DNA from: an uncultured Chloroflexia bacterium
GTDB lineage: Bacteria > Chloroflexota > Limnocylindria > Limnocylindrales > CSP1-4
Length of the DNA stretch: 64,000 nucleotides
Reading direction: 5' to 3'
Assembly (NCBI GenBank): GCA_963713975.1
Contig: OY970218.1
Span: forward strand, 2,592,001 to 2,656,000
Shown here: in pieces, positions 37,968-46,716 of the stretch
Position numbering within the stretch: the first letter of the stretch is position 1
Layout: every line of letters starts with the position of its first letter
The notes under the pieces: generated by a model
Databases searched by the model: none
Told to the model about the DNA's origin: nothing
What the model saw: only the letters and a program-made list of their open reading frames with translations
Translations under genes and position numbers: made by a program

Positions 37968-39068
37968 ATGACGGTCACGGGCGACGGCGGCAGCACAGCC
38001 GGCCCCCTCGCGGCCTCCGTGGGGCTGGCCGATGCCGACCTCGTGGCCATGTACCGGACCGTGGCCCTCGCGCGCGCGTTGGACGAGCGGATGTGGATCC
38101 TCAACCGCGCCGGCCGGATCCCGTTTGTCATCAGCGGGCAGGGTCACGAGGGCGCCCAGGTGGGGCTCGCGTGGCCGCTTCGCCGGGGCCATGACTGGAT
38201 CGCGCCGTTCTACCGGTCGATCGCCACCTGCCTCGCGTTCGGGATGACGCCGCGGGACCTGATGCTGGCCCAGTATGCCAAGGCCTCCGACCCGGGCTCG
38301 GCAGGACGCCAGATGCCCGGTCACTACGGGAGCCCCGAGCACAACCTGGTCAGCGTCTCGTCACCCGTGGCCACCCAGATCCTCCATGCCGTGGGGATCG
38401 CGCTTGCGGCCAGGATCCGGGGCACCGACCAGGTCGCCGTCGCGATCATGGGGGAGGGGAGCTCCAACCAGGGTGACGTCCACGAGGCGCTCAACTTCGC
38501 GGCCATCCATCGCCTCCCGTTCGTGCTCCTGATCGAGAACAACGGCTACGCGATCAGCGTGCCCGCCGAGAAGGAGCTCTCCGTTCGGGACGTGGCATCG
38601 CGCGCGTCCGGATACGGGATGCCGGGCGTGGTGGTGGATGGCACGGACGTGCTGGCCTGCTTCGCGGCCGGTCGGACGGCGGTGGATCGCGCCCGGTCCG
38701 GCGGTGGGCCAACCCTGGTCGAGGCGAAAGTGACCCGGCTGACCGCCCACAGCTCGGACGACCAGCAGACCAAGTACCGCTCCGAGGACGACTTGGCGGA
38801 GGGCCGGGCCCAGGACCCGTTGCCGATCTTCCGTGCGCAGCTCCGTGCCGCCGGCGTGCTCGACAACACGCTGGAGGCGGCGCTCGCGGCGGAGATCGCC
38901 GCGCTGGTCGAGGACGCGACCGACTTCGCCGAATCCGAGCCGGACCCGGATCCCGCGACCGCCCTCGACCACGTGTATGGCGATCCCGGTGCCGGGGAAC
39001 CGCCGCCGCCGTGGCACCCGGCACCCGATACCGGCCCGGAGCTTCCTCGCCCGGAGCCCGCGCCATGA
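37968..39068 (+). CDS. 2-oxoacid dehydrogenase E1 alpha, branched-chain type likely
   Basis: IPFVISGQGHEGAQVG, GEGSSNQG...ENNGYAIS and HSSDD motifs. Confidence 0.92.
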   Translation: MTVTGDGGSTAGPLAASVGLADADLVAMYRTVALARALDERMWILNRAGRIPFVISGQGHEGAQVGLAWPLRRGHDWIAPFYRSIATCLAFGMTPRDLMLAQYAKASDPGSAGRQMPGHYGSPEHNLVSVSSPVATQILHAVGIALAARIRGTDQVAVAIMGEGSSNQGDVHEALNFAAIHRLPFVLLIENNGYAISVPAEKELSVRDVASRASGYGMPGVVVDGTDVLACFAAGRTAVDRARSGGGPTLVEAKVTRLTAHSSDDQQTKYRSEDDLAEGRAQDPLPIFRAQLRAAGVLDNTLEAALAAEIAALVEDATDFAESEPDPDPATALDHVYGDPGAGEPPPPWHPAPDTGPELPRPEPAP

Positions 39069-40048
39069 CCGTGCGGACCTTCATCGAGGCCATCCGGGAC
39101 GCTATGGCCGAGGAGATGCGCCGGGACGAGTCCGTGGTGGTCCTGGGTGAGGATGTCGGCAGGAAGGGCGGCGTGTTCCTCGCGACGGACGGCCTGTGGG
39201 CGGAGTTCGGCGATGACCGCGTCATCGACACGCCGCTCACGGAGTCCATGATCGTCGGGGCTTCCATCGGGGCTGCGCTCAACGGCATCCGCCCCATCGC
39301 CGAGATCCAGTTCGCGGACTTCATCCACCCGGCGTTCAACCAGATCGTGTCCGAGGCGGCGCGGATGCGGTACCGCTCCATCGGCGGGTACGCGGTGCCC
39401 ATGGTGATCCGCGCCCCGTACGGCGGCGGGGTCCACGGGGCGCTGTACCACTCGCAGTCCGTGGAGGCGTTCTTCACCCACGTCCCGGGCCTCAAGGTGG
39501 TCATCCCCTCGACACCCTACGACGCAAAGGGGCTCCTTAGGTCGGCGATCCGCGACGACGACCCGGTCCTGTTCTTCGAGCACAAGAAGATGTACCGGTC
39601 CGTGCGCGGGAACGTGCCGGACGGGGAGTACACCGTGCCCCTGGGGAGGGCGTCCATCCGTCGACCCGGCCGTCAGGTCACGGTCGTCGCCTACGGGCTG
39701 ATGGTGGTGTATGCGCTCGAGGCCGCCGAGCGAGTGGCCGGCGAGGGGATCGACGTGGAGGTCATCGACCTGCGCACGCTGCGCCCGCTGGACCGGGACA
39801 CGCTGCTCTCGTCGGTGCGCAAGACCGGCAAGTGCCTGATCGCGTACGAGGACAACCGGTTCGGCGGATACGGGGCGGAGATCGCCGCCATCGTCGCCGA
39901 GGAGGCGTTCGACTACCTGGACGGGCCGGTTGCCCGGATCGCGGGGCCGGATGTGCCAGGGGTCCCGTACAACCACCTCCTGGAGGACTGGTTCATGCTC
40001 AGCCCGGCCAAGATCGCGGATGCCATCCGCCGCCTGGCGGCCTACTGA
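39065..40048 (+). CDS. 2-oxoacid dehydrogenase E1 beta
   Basis: GEDVGRKGGVF, EIQFADF, HSQS and DLRTLRPLD motifs. Confidence 0.94.
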   Translation: MTVRTFIEAIRDAMAEEMRRDESVVVLGEDVGRKGGVFLATDGLWAEFGDDRVIDTPLTESMIVGASIGAALNGIRPIAEIQFADFIHPAFNQIVSEAARMRYRSIGGYAVPMVIRAPYGGGVHGALYHSQSVEAFFTHVPGLKVVIPSTPYDAKGLLRSAIRDDDPVLFFEHKKMYRSVRGNVPDGEYTVPLGRASIRRPGRQVTVVAYGLMVVYALEAAERVAGEGIDVEVIDLRTLRPLDRDTLLSSVRKTGKCLIAYEDNRFGGYGAEIAAIVAEEAFDYLDGPVARIAGPDVPGVPYNHLLEDWFMLSPAKIADAIRRLAAY

Positions 40049-40401
40049 TGGCGGCATCGGGCTCGGACCTCACGGCAGTCGAAGCCAGGCTGCGGGCCAT
40101 GCTCGTTCCGTACGAGGACCGGCTCGAGACGGCCACGATCTACGGCATCCCAACGCTCCGACGCGCCGGCGCCAGGGCCCATGACTGGTTCGCGTTCGTG
40201 AAGCCCGCGTCGAAGCACGTGGGCTTCTACCTCCTCCCCGTCCACACCTGGCCGGACCTCGTGGCCCCGATCTCGCCTGCGCTGCGCAAGCGGCACACCG
40301 GCAAGTCCACGTTCACGTTCGCAGTGCCCGACGAGGCGCTGTTCGCGGAGCTCGAGGCGCTCGTGGCGCGGGCGTACCAGCGGTATGTGGGCGGCGCGTA
40401 G
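40048..40401 (+). CDS. Hypothetical protein, DUF1801-like
   Basis: TGATG-coupled to E1 beta. Contains HVGFYLLPV...LRKRHTGKSTFTF. Confidence 0.7.
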   Translation: MAASGSDLTAVEARLRAMLVPYEDRLETATIYGIPTLRRAGARAHDWFAFVKPASKHVGFYLLPVHTWPDLVAPISPALRKRHTGKSTFTFAVPDEALFAELEALVARAYQRYVGGA

Positions 40402-40737
40402 GGGGCACCCGCCATCAGACCCGCGCCGGGACCGGGCGGGCGTCAATCGAACGGCGCGCTGCCTCCGCCCGCGCCGCGAGCAACCAATGGCCCACAATCG
40501 CTATCCCGCTCGCTATAGCGAGCAGAGGGCCCGAATTCGGCGATCAGGCCCGCCCGGTGCACGCCATGGCGAGCAAGACATAGACCGCGAACGATCCACG
40601 GGCCGGCCAGGGGCCGGGAGGCAGCCCGCCCGGCGGCCCGAAGGCAGCCCGGAAGGCGCGCCGTCGCGGGATGCGCGACACTAGGGGCCAAGTATCCTCG
40701 TGTCCCCGCGATCCGCTCCATCGGAGGAACAGACCCA

Positions 40738-42147
40738 GTGGCCAAGGTGACGATGCCCCAGCTCGGCGAGAGTGTCGCGGAGGGGACGATCGGACGCTGG
40801 CTCAAGCAGCCCGGTGACAAGGTCGCCAAGTACGAGCCCCTGCTCGAGGTCATCACCGACAAGGTGAACGCCGAGGTGCCGTCGCCGTATGCCGGTGTCC
40901 TGAGGGAGATCCTCGCGGAGGAAGGGGCCGTCGTCCCCAACAACGCCGAGATCTGTGAGATCGAGACCGAAGACGAGGCATCGGCCGGCGCGGCACCCGC
41001 CGAGTCGACGGCACCCGCGGTCGCGGCATCGGCCGGCGAGGCAACCCCGGCACCCGCGGCCCCGGCCGGCGAGGCCGGCGAGGCAACCCCGGCCCCGGCG
41101 AGCGCATCCGCCGAGCCGGCGGCGACCGGGGTGGCACCCTCCGCCGCACCCGCGGCCCACGACCCGAACGCCCGCATGACCCCGGCGGTCCGCCGGCTGC
41201 TCCGGGAGCATGGCCTGGAGGCGGCCCAGGTCGCCGGCACCGGCGGCGGTGGCCGGATCACCCGCGAGGACGTCATCGCCCACGTGGAAGCCGTTCGCAC
41301 CGGAGCCGTCCCGGCGGCGCCCACCCCGCCGACCGCGCCAGCCGCGCCTGCAACGAGCACGCCCGGCGGCTCCCCGGCACCCGCTGCTGCCGTGGCCTCA
41401 GCCGGCACCGCCGGTGGCCCCATCGAGTTCCCGTCCGGCGCGGACGAGGTGCTCCTCCCGACGACCCAGATGCGCAAGGGCATCGCCGCGCAGATGACGC
41501 GTGCCCTTGCCGCCCCCCACGCCTACGTGCAGATGGAGATCGACGCGAGCCGACTCGTGCGTCTTCGGGACAGCATGAAGAAGGCCTACCAGGCCAAGGA
41601 GGGGGTCGGGCTGTCGTTCGTCCCATTCGTGGTCAAGGCGGCTGCCGAGGCCCTCAAGCGAAATCCCACGTTCAACGCGGTCTGGACGGACCAGGGGCTG
41701 CTGGCCAAGCGCCGGGTCAACATTGGCGTCGCAGTCGCGGTCGACGAGGGCCTGATCGTGCCCGTGATCCGGGACGCGGACACGCTCTCCGTCCACGGCC
41801 TCAACCTCGCGATTGCCGACGTGGCCAACCGGGCCCGGGCGAACAAGCTGCGCCTCGACGACTTCGGTGGCGGCACCTTCACGGTGGACAACACCGGGTA
41901 CCTCGGCACCAACCTCGTGATGCCCATCATCAACGTGCCGGAGGTGGGCATCGTCACGATGGAGGCGATCACGAAGCGCGCGGTCGTGGTCAGCGGCGAG
42001 GACGGCGACGTGATCGCGATCCGCCCGATCATGAACATGGTCCTGGGCCTCGACCACCGCGCCAACGATGGGGCCGGCGGCGCCGCGCTCCTGCGTGACA
42101 TCAAGGCTTGGCTCGAGGCCGTCGGGCCCGAGACCTCGGTCTATTAG
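40738..42147 (+). CDS. Dihydrolipoamide acyltransferase (E2)
   Basis: MPQLGESV, lipoyl motif TDKV, an Ala/Pro linker, the E3-binding GTGGGGRIT and DHRANDG. Confidence 0.94.
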   Translation: MAKVTMPQLGESVAEGTIGRWLKQPGDKVAKYEPLLEVITDKVNAEVPSPYAGVLREILAEEGAVVPNNAEICEIETEDEASAGAAPAESTAPAVAASAGEATPAPAAPAGEAGEATPAPASASAEPAATGVAPSAAPAAHDPNARMTPAVRRLLREHGLEAAQVAGTGGGGRITREDVIAHVEAVRTGAVPAAPTPPTAPAAPATSTPGGSPAPAAAVASAGTAGGPIEFPSGADEVLLPTTQMRKGIAAQMTRALAAPHAYVQMEIDASRLVRLRDSMKKAYQAKEGVGLSFVPFVVKAAAEALKRNPTFNAVWTDQGLLAKRRVNIGVAVAVDEGLIVPVIRDADTLSVHGLNLAIADVANRARANKLRLDDFGGGTFTVDNTGYLGTNLVMPIINVPEVGIVTMEAITKRAVVVSGEDGDVIAIRPIMNMVLGLDHRANDGAGGAALLRDIKAWLEAVGPETSVY

Positions 42148-42169
42148 GGTCCGGCGGCACCACCCGGCC

Positions 42170-43237
42170 ATGGCTCGCGAGCTCCCGGTCTTCGATCCAA
42201 ACCCAGGGCATGCCCACGCGCCGGCGTCGGGGTTGTCCATCGCCATCGGTGGCGGGCAGTCCCTGGAGGTCGAGTCGCCTGCGCCGACGGGGCTCCGTCC
42301 GCTGCGCCGGCACCCGGAGTGGATCAAGTCCCGGATGCCCTCGGGCGACAACTACGCAGATCTCAAGGGACTGCTGCGCGGCCTGAACCTCAACACGGTC
42401 TGCGAGGAGGCCGTGTGCCCCAACGTCGGCGAGTGCTGGGACCAGCGAACGGCCACGGTCATGATCCTGGGCGACGTCTGCACCAGGGCCTGCGGCTTCT
42501 GCGCCATCAAGACGGGCAAGCCCACCTGGTTCGACGATGACGAGCCGCGCCGCGTCGCCGAGGCGGTGACCGCGATGCGCTTGGACCACGTCGTGGTCAC
42601 CAGCGTCGCCCGGGACGACCTCCCGGACGGCGGCGCCGGGGCATTTGCGGCCACCATTCGGGAGATCCGCTCCCGCAGCCCGTTGATGGGCGTCGAGGTC
42701 CTGATCCCGGACTTCAACGGTGAGGAGGCGCCACTGCGGACGGTGATGGAGGCCGGCCCGGACATCCTCAACCACAATCTGGAGACCGTGCGCAGGCTCC
42801 AGGGCCCGGTGCGCAAGCGCGCCCGCTGGGATCGCACCCTCGGCGTGCTGGAGCGGTCCAAGGCCTACGCCGCCGAGTACGGGCGTGAGGCCCACACCAA
42901 GAGCAGCCTGATGGTGGGCCTGGGCGAGACCCGCGAGGAGCTGGCCGAGTCGTTCGAGGCGTTGCGCGCCGTGGACTGCGACATCCTCACGATCGGGCAG
43001 TACCTGCGACCCACGCTCAACCACCTGCCGCTCGAGCGCTACTACCATCCCGACGAGTTCGCGGAGATGCGGGACGAGGCCCTCGCGCTGGGCTTCAAGC
43101 ACGTCGAATCGGGACCGCTCGTCCGATCCAGCTACCACGCACGGGACCAGGTTCCCGGTGCCGCCGAGAGGGCGCTCCGGCGGCGCGCCACCATCGACGC
43201 CGATGGCCGGGTGGTCCCAGGGGTGGCTGCCGACTGA
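42170..43237 (+). CDS. lipA: Lipoyl synthase
   Basis: CEEAVCPNVGEC, CTRACGFC and RSSY motifs. Confidence 0.96.
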   Translation: MARELPVFDPNPGHAHAPASGLSIAIGGGQSLEVESPAPTGLRPLRRHPEWIKSRMPSGDNYADLKGLLRGLNLNTVCEEAVCPNVGECWDQRTATVMILGDVCTRACGFCAIKTGKPTWFDDDEPRRVAEAVTAMRLDHVVVTSVARDDLPDGGAGAFAATIREIRSRSPLMGVEVLIPDFNGEEAPLRTVMEAGPDILNHNLETVRRLQGPVRKRARWDRTLGVLERSKAYAAEYGREAHTKSSLMVGLGETREELAESFEALRAVDCDILTIGQYLRPTLNHLPLERYYHPDEFAEMRDEALALGFKHVESGPLVRSSYHARDQVPGAAERALRRRATIDADGRVVPGVAAD

Positions 43238-43265
43238 TCGCGGCCGGGCCGCGTATTCTTCGCCC

Positions 43266-44321
43266 ATGCCCGCCAACCTGAGCCGCAAGATCCCTCTCGC
43301 CGAGCTCCACTGCCACCTCGGCGCGGCCGTGACCCCGGCCATCATGTGGTCGATCGCCCACGCCCAGGGGATCAAGCTCCCGACCCGCGACTACTGGGAC
43401 TTCCGGGACCTCATCACGGTCCATCCTCGGCGACCCAAGAGCTTCGACGGCTACCTGCAGCTGTTCCACTGGACCGAGCTGATCCAGTCCAGCCCGATCG
43501 CCGTGGAGCGCGCCGTCTACGAGGTCATCGGCGGCGCCTACCGCAAGAACAACGTCACCACCACGGAGCTGCGCTTCAACCCCATGAAGCGGAACCGGGG
43601 TGGCGAGCAGGACCTGGACCACATCATCGCGGCGGCGGTCCGCGGCATGGACAAGGCGACGCTGGAGTACCCGGTCAAGCCCGGCCTCATCTTCTGCCTC
43701 GATCGGGCGTTCCCGTACGAGCTCAACGAGATCATCGTGGAGAAGGCGATCGCCTGGCGTGACCGGGGCGTGGTCGGCGTCGACATCGCCGGGCCCGAGT
43801 CGGCCACCTTCCGCGTCGCGGACTACCGGCGGATCTTCCGCCGCGCCCGCCAGCACGGCCTGGGCATCACCGTCCATACGGGCGAGTCCGGCCCGGTGGA
43901 GGAGATCGGTCGCGTCATCGAGCAGCTGGAGCCGGACCGCATCGGCCACGGCGTGAAGGCCGCCTACGACCCGCGAACGATGGCGATGCTCCGCGAGCGC
44001 GGCATCGTGCTGGAGATCTGCCCGACGTCGAACCTCAACACGGGAGTCGTCTCGAGCTGGGAGGAGTTCCGCTGGATCTTCGACCAGTTCCATCGCAACG
44101 GCGTGCGCTACACCATCAGCACGGACGGTCCGGAGATGCTCAAGACCTACATCAGGGACGAGCTGGCCACGCTCGGGCGGCTCGGCATCCTGTCGATCGA
44201 GGAGCAGCAGCAGATCGCCGCCACGTCGCTGGCCGCCTCGTTCGTGCCCAACGTCTCGGATGTGTCGCCCGCCCGCCGTGAGCCGGCGACCCGAGTGGTC
44301 GTGGAGCGCGAGGAGGGCTGA
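43266..44321 (+). CDS. add: Adenosine deaminase family protein
   Basis: ELHCHLG, HTGE, RIGHG, CPTSN and STDGP motifs. Confidence 0.8.
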   Translation: MPANLSRKIPLAELHCHLGAAVTPAIMWSIAHAQGIKLPTRDYWDFRDLITVHPRRPKSFDGYLQLFHWTELIQSSPIAVERAVYEVIGGAYRKNNVTTTELRFNPMKRNRGGEQDLDHIIAAAVRGMDKATLEYPVKPGLIFCLDRAFPYELNEIIVEKAIAWRDRGVVGVDIAGPESATFRVADYRRIFRRARQHGLGITVHTGESGPVEEIGRVIEQLEPDRIGHGVKAAYDPRTMAMLRERGIVLEICPTSNLNTGVVSSWEEFRWIFDQFHRNGVRYTISTDGPEMLKTYIRDELATLGRLGILSIEEQQQIAATSLAASFVPNVSDVSPARREPATRVVVEREEG

Positions 44322-45080
44322 TCAGCCCTCCCTGGCGATCGCCGGTCTGCCCGAATCCGCGGCGGGGCCCGTCACGCGGTACGTGCAGCAGCGATCACCG
44401 GTGGCGATGTGCCGCTCGCGCACCACGTCGGCGTCGAGCACGGTGCGGAACAGGTCCAGCTCGGCCTGGCATGCGGCCGGTATCCCCCGGGCCACGTCCA
44501 GGACGGCGCAGTTGTGCTCCACGAGCCGGATCGTCCCATCATCCACGACGGCCTCGGAGATGTAGCCGAGCTCGTCCTGCAGCCCTGCCAGCACCCTCAC
44601 GCGGTCGGCCAGCGGTGCGTCGGGTGGCAGCGAGGCGCCCATCCGCTCCCGGAGCCGCGCCTCGGCCTGGCGGCGGCGGGCCGCGAACACGTCCTCCACG
44701 AGGCCCTCGCCGCCGACCTCGAGGATCGCGGCCAGGAGCCCCGTCGCCAGCCCGTCGTAGTTGGACGGGAACAGGTCCTGGGCATCGGGCGTGGTGTCGT
44801 AGAGGTGTCTCGGCCGCCCCACACCGTGGCGCTCGCTCGTTCGCGAGACCAGCCCCGCCGTGTCCAGGGCTCGCAGCTGCTGGGCGACCCCGCTCCGGCT
44901 GGCCCCGATCGCCTTGGCGATGGCGTCGGGTGCGGAGGGTCCTGCGCGGCGCAGGTGGACGAGGATCGCGCGACGGAGCACGGAGGCACTTGCCCCGTTG
45001 CCGTTACCGTGGCCGTTGAGTGGGCCGTGGTCGGCGGCGGGCGCGCCTGGAGCGGGAGCGGGGACAGTGCGCTCGGACAT
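44322..45080 (-). CDS. SufR-like HTH transcriptional regulator with C-terminal cysteines
   Basis: HTH, GVGRPRHLY, FPSNY, HNC, ACQAE and CCTY motifs. Confidence 0.85.
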   Translation of the reverse strand: MSERTVPAPAPGAPAADHGPLNGHGNGNGASASVLRRAILVHLRRAGPSAPDAIAKAIGASRSGVAQQLRALDTAGLVSRTSERHGVGRPRHLYDTTPDAQDLFPSNYDGLATGLLAAILEVGGEGLVEDVFAARRRQAEARLRERMGASLPPDAPLADRVRVLAGLQDELGYISEAVVDDGTIRLVEHNCAVLDVARGIPAACQAELDLFRTVLDADVVRERHIATGDRCCTYRVTGPAADSGRPAIAREG

Positions 45081-45157
45081 GCGCGGCAGAGGCTAGCAAG
45101 AACGGCGCGGCAGCGCTTGCGGGACGCCGGCCACGGCGGAGCCGCGCCACGCCTGCC

Positions 45158-45976
45158 CTAGCCGTCGACGATCGCGAGCCGGACCATGAGGCGGTATTCG
45201 CCGTTCTTGCCGACGCAGGTCTGGAGCGTCATCGACGGGTTCGATTGCGCCGCCCACGCCCAGGAGGCGGCGGTTGTCGGACGGGTGACCTTCCACCACC
45301 TGACGGCGTACGTGCGGACCCTGCCCGAGCCATCGGCGTAGTACGCCTTCATGCCGGTCCTCAGCCGCCCGCGGACGTAGGCATCGTGGAGGGGCTTCAT
45401 CACGCTGTAGGCGTGGCCCATCAGGTAGACGTTGTTCGCGCCCGAGCAGCCCCAGCGGTACATGAAGTTGTCCGGCGGGCGGCTGCGATCACACGGGAAC
45501 TGGCGGATCGACCTGCTGATGCCGAGCGACGGGATCCAGACATGGTTGGTGCCGGAGTACGACCGCGCGGCCGGCTTCTCGGAGGAGCGCCCGACGGCCG
45601 CCTCGTGCTTCTTCGAGGGGCGCGCCGCCTTGTCGGCCTTGGTCGCCTTGTCGGCCTTGGTCGCCTTGTCGGCCTTGGTCGCCTTGTCGGACTCCTGTTC
45701 GACGGCGGCGGCCGGGGCCTCGACCTGCTCGATGACCCTGGGCGCGCTCGCGGGCGCCGATGACGGCCTGGTGACGACGGGGACTGCGGGCGGTACCTGT
45801 TGCTCGACGGTGGTCTCGACCGCGAGGACCTGACCAGCGGGAGGACCTGGCGGGAGCTGGTAGGTGACCGTCCGCGTCGTGACCGCGGCCGCGGCGACTG
45901 CGGAGACGGACTCGACGGCGAGGAAGACCGCCAGGATCGTGGACAGGGCACGCCGCGAGCGGGGGTGGTGTTCCAT
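45158..45976 (-). CDS. Sortase-domain protein with an N-terminal anchor and a low-complexity linker
   Basis: VWIPSLGI, LMGHAY and TLQTC...YRLMVR give the His-Cys-Arg triad. Confidence 0.8.
   Translation of the reverse strand: MEHHPRSRRALSTILAVFLAVESVSAVAAAAVTTRTVTYQLPPGPPAGQVLAVETTVEQQVPPAVPVVTRPSSAPASAPRVIEQVEAPAAAVEQESDKATKADKATKADKATKADKAARPSKKHEAAVGRSSEKPAARSYSGTNHVWIPSLGISRSIRQFPCDRSRPPDNFMYRWGCSGANNVYLMGHAYSVMKPLHDAYVRGRLRTGMKAYYADGSGRVRTYAVRWWKVTRPTTAASWAWAAQSNPSMTLQTCVGKNGEYRLMVRLAIVDG
45627..45690 (-). repeat. 18-bp tandem repeat, about 3.5 copies (DKATKA)
   Basis: GCCTTGTCGGCCTTGGTC repeated on the + strand. Confidence 0.9.
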
Positions 45977-46151
45977 GCCCGGAGCATCGATGCCCGCGCG
46001 CACCACATCGACGGCCCGGTGGTCAGGGGGTGTCCAGGCGGCTCCACCCGGTACCGGTGTGGTCTGGTGCGGTGGTGCCCGGTCCGTGGCAGTACCTGCC
46101 GGGACCCGCTGCCGCAGCGGGTCCTGTCGGCGACCCTGCAGCCCTGCTGCT

Positions 46152-46634
46152 TCAGCCGCCGGTGCCGGCAGCCTCCGCCAGGGTGGCCCGCAGCGCCGCC
46201 TCGAACTCCGGGGCCCACGGGCCCTGGCTCGTGAGCACGTAGGGCGACTGCTCGATCTGCTCGAACGTCTCGGCATCCGTCACGTACGAGGCAGCACAGG
46301 GTGCGATCCGCTCGCGGTTCCTCTCGAACGCGTCGCGGTTCCGGAACACGTACAGGTAGAGCGTGACCGGCGTCTCCTGGTCGAGGCCTCTAGCGTCGAA
46401 CCGGATCGCGGTCTTCATGAGGTCCGGATCGTCGCATCCGGCCTCGCCGGAGACCCAGTCCGCCGCCTTGATGTGGGCACCATTGAGACGGCCGGCAAGG
46501 CCCGGGAAGTCGGTCGGCGTGGCGGGCGGTGGCGAGCTCGAGATCGTCCCGCAGGCGGCGACCAGGGCCGGAACCGCGGCGACGATCACGGCGAGCCTGC
46601 GGAAGCCGGACGGGCCGGCGGGGAGCGATGCCAT
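46152..46634 (-). CDS. Putative lipoprotein
   Basis: Signal peptide with lipobox LVAAC, plus two further cysteines. Confidence 0.75.
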   Translation of the reverse strand: MASLPAGPSGFRRLAVIVAAVPALVAACGTISSSPPPATPTDFPGLAGRLNGAHIKAADWVSGEAGCDDPDLMKTAIRFDARGLDQETPVTLYLYVFRNRDAFERNRERIAPCAASYVTDAETFEQIEQSPYVLTSQGPWAPEFEAALRATLAEAAGTGG

Positions 46635-46716
46635 TGCCGGAGGCTAGCACCCGTCCCCGCTACCCGCCGATCCCCCGCCCGGTGTCGAGCCCGGCGGGGG
46701 CTGTGCGCTGCGTCCG

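Noticed and set aside
40487-40684. Possible 65-aa ORF between the DUF1801-like gene and E2
   Set aside because: No clear RBS, low-complexity Arg/Pro/Gly composition and no motif.
46102-46124. Perfect hairpin GGACCCGCTG-CCG-CAGCGGGTCC between the lipoprotein and sortase genes as a riboswitch
   Set aside because: No recognisable aptamer motif. A simple terminator-like stem explains it.
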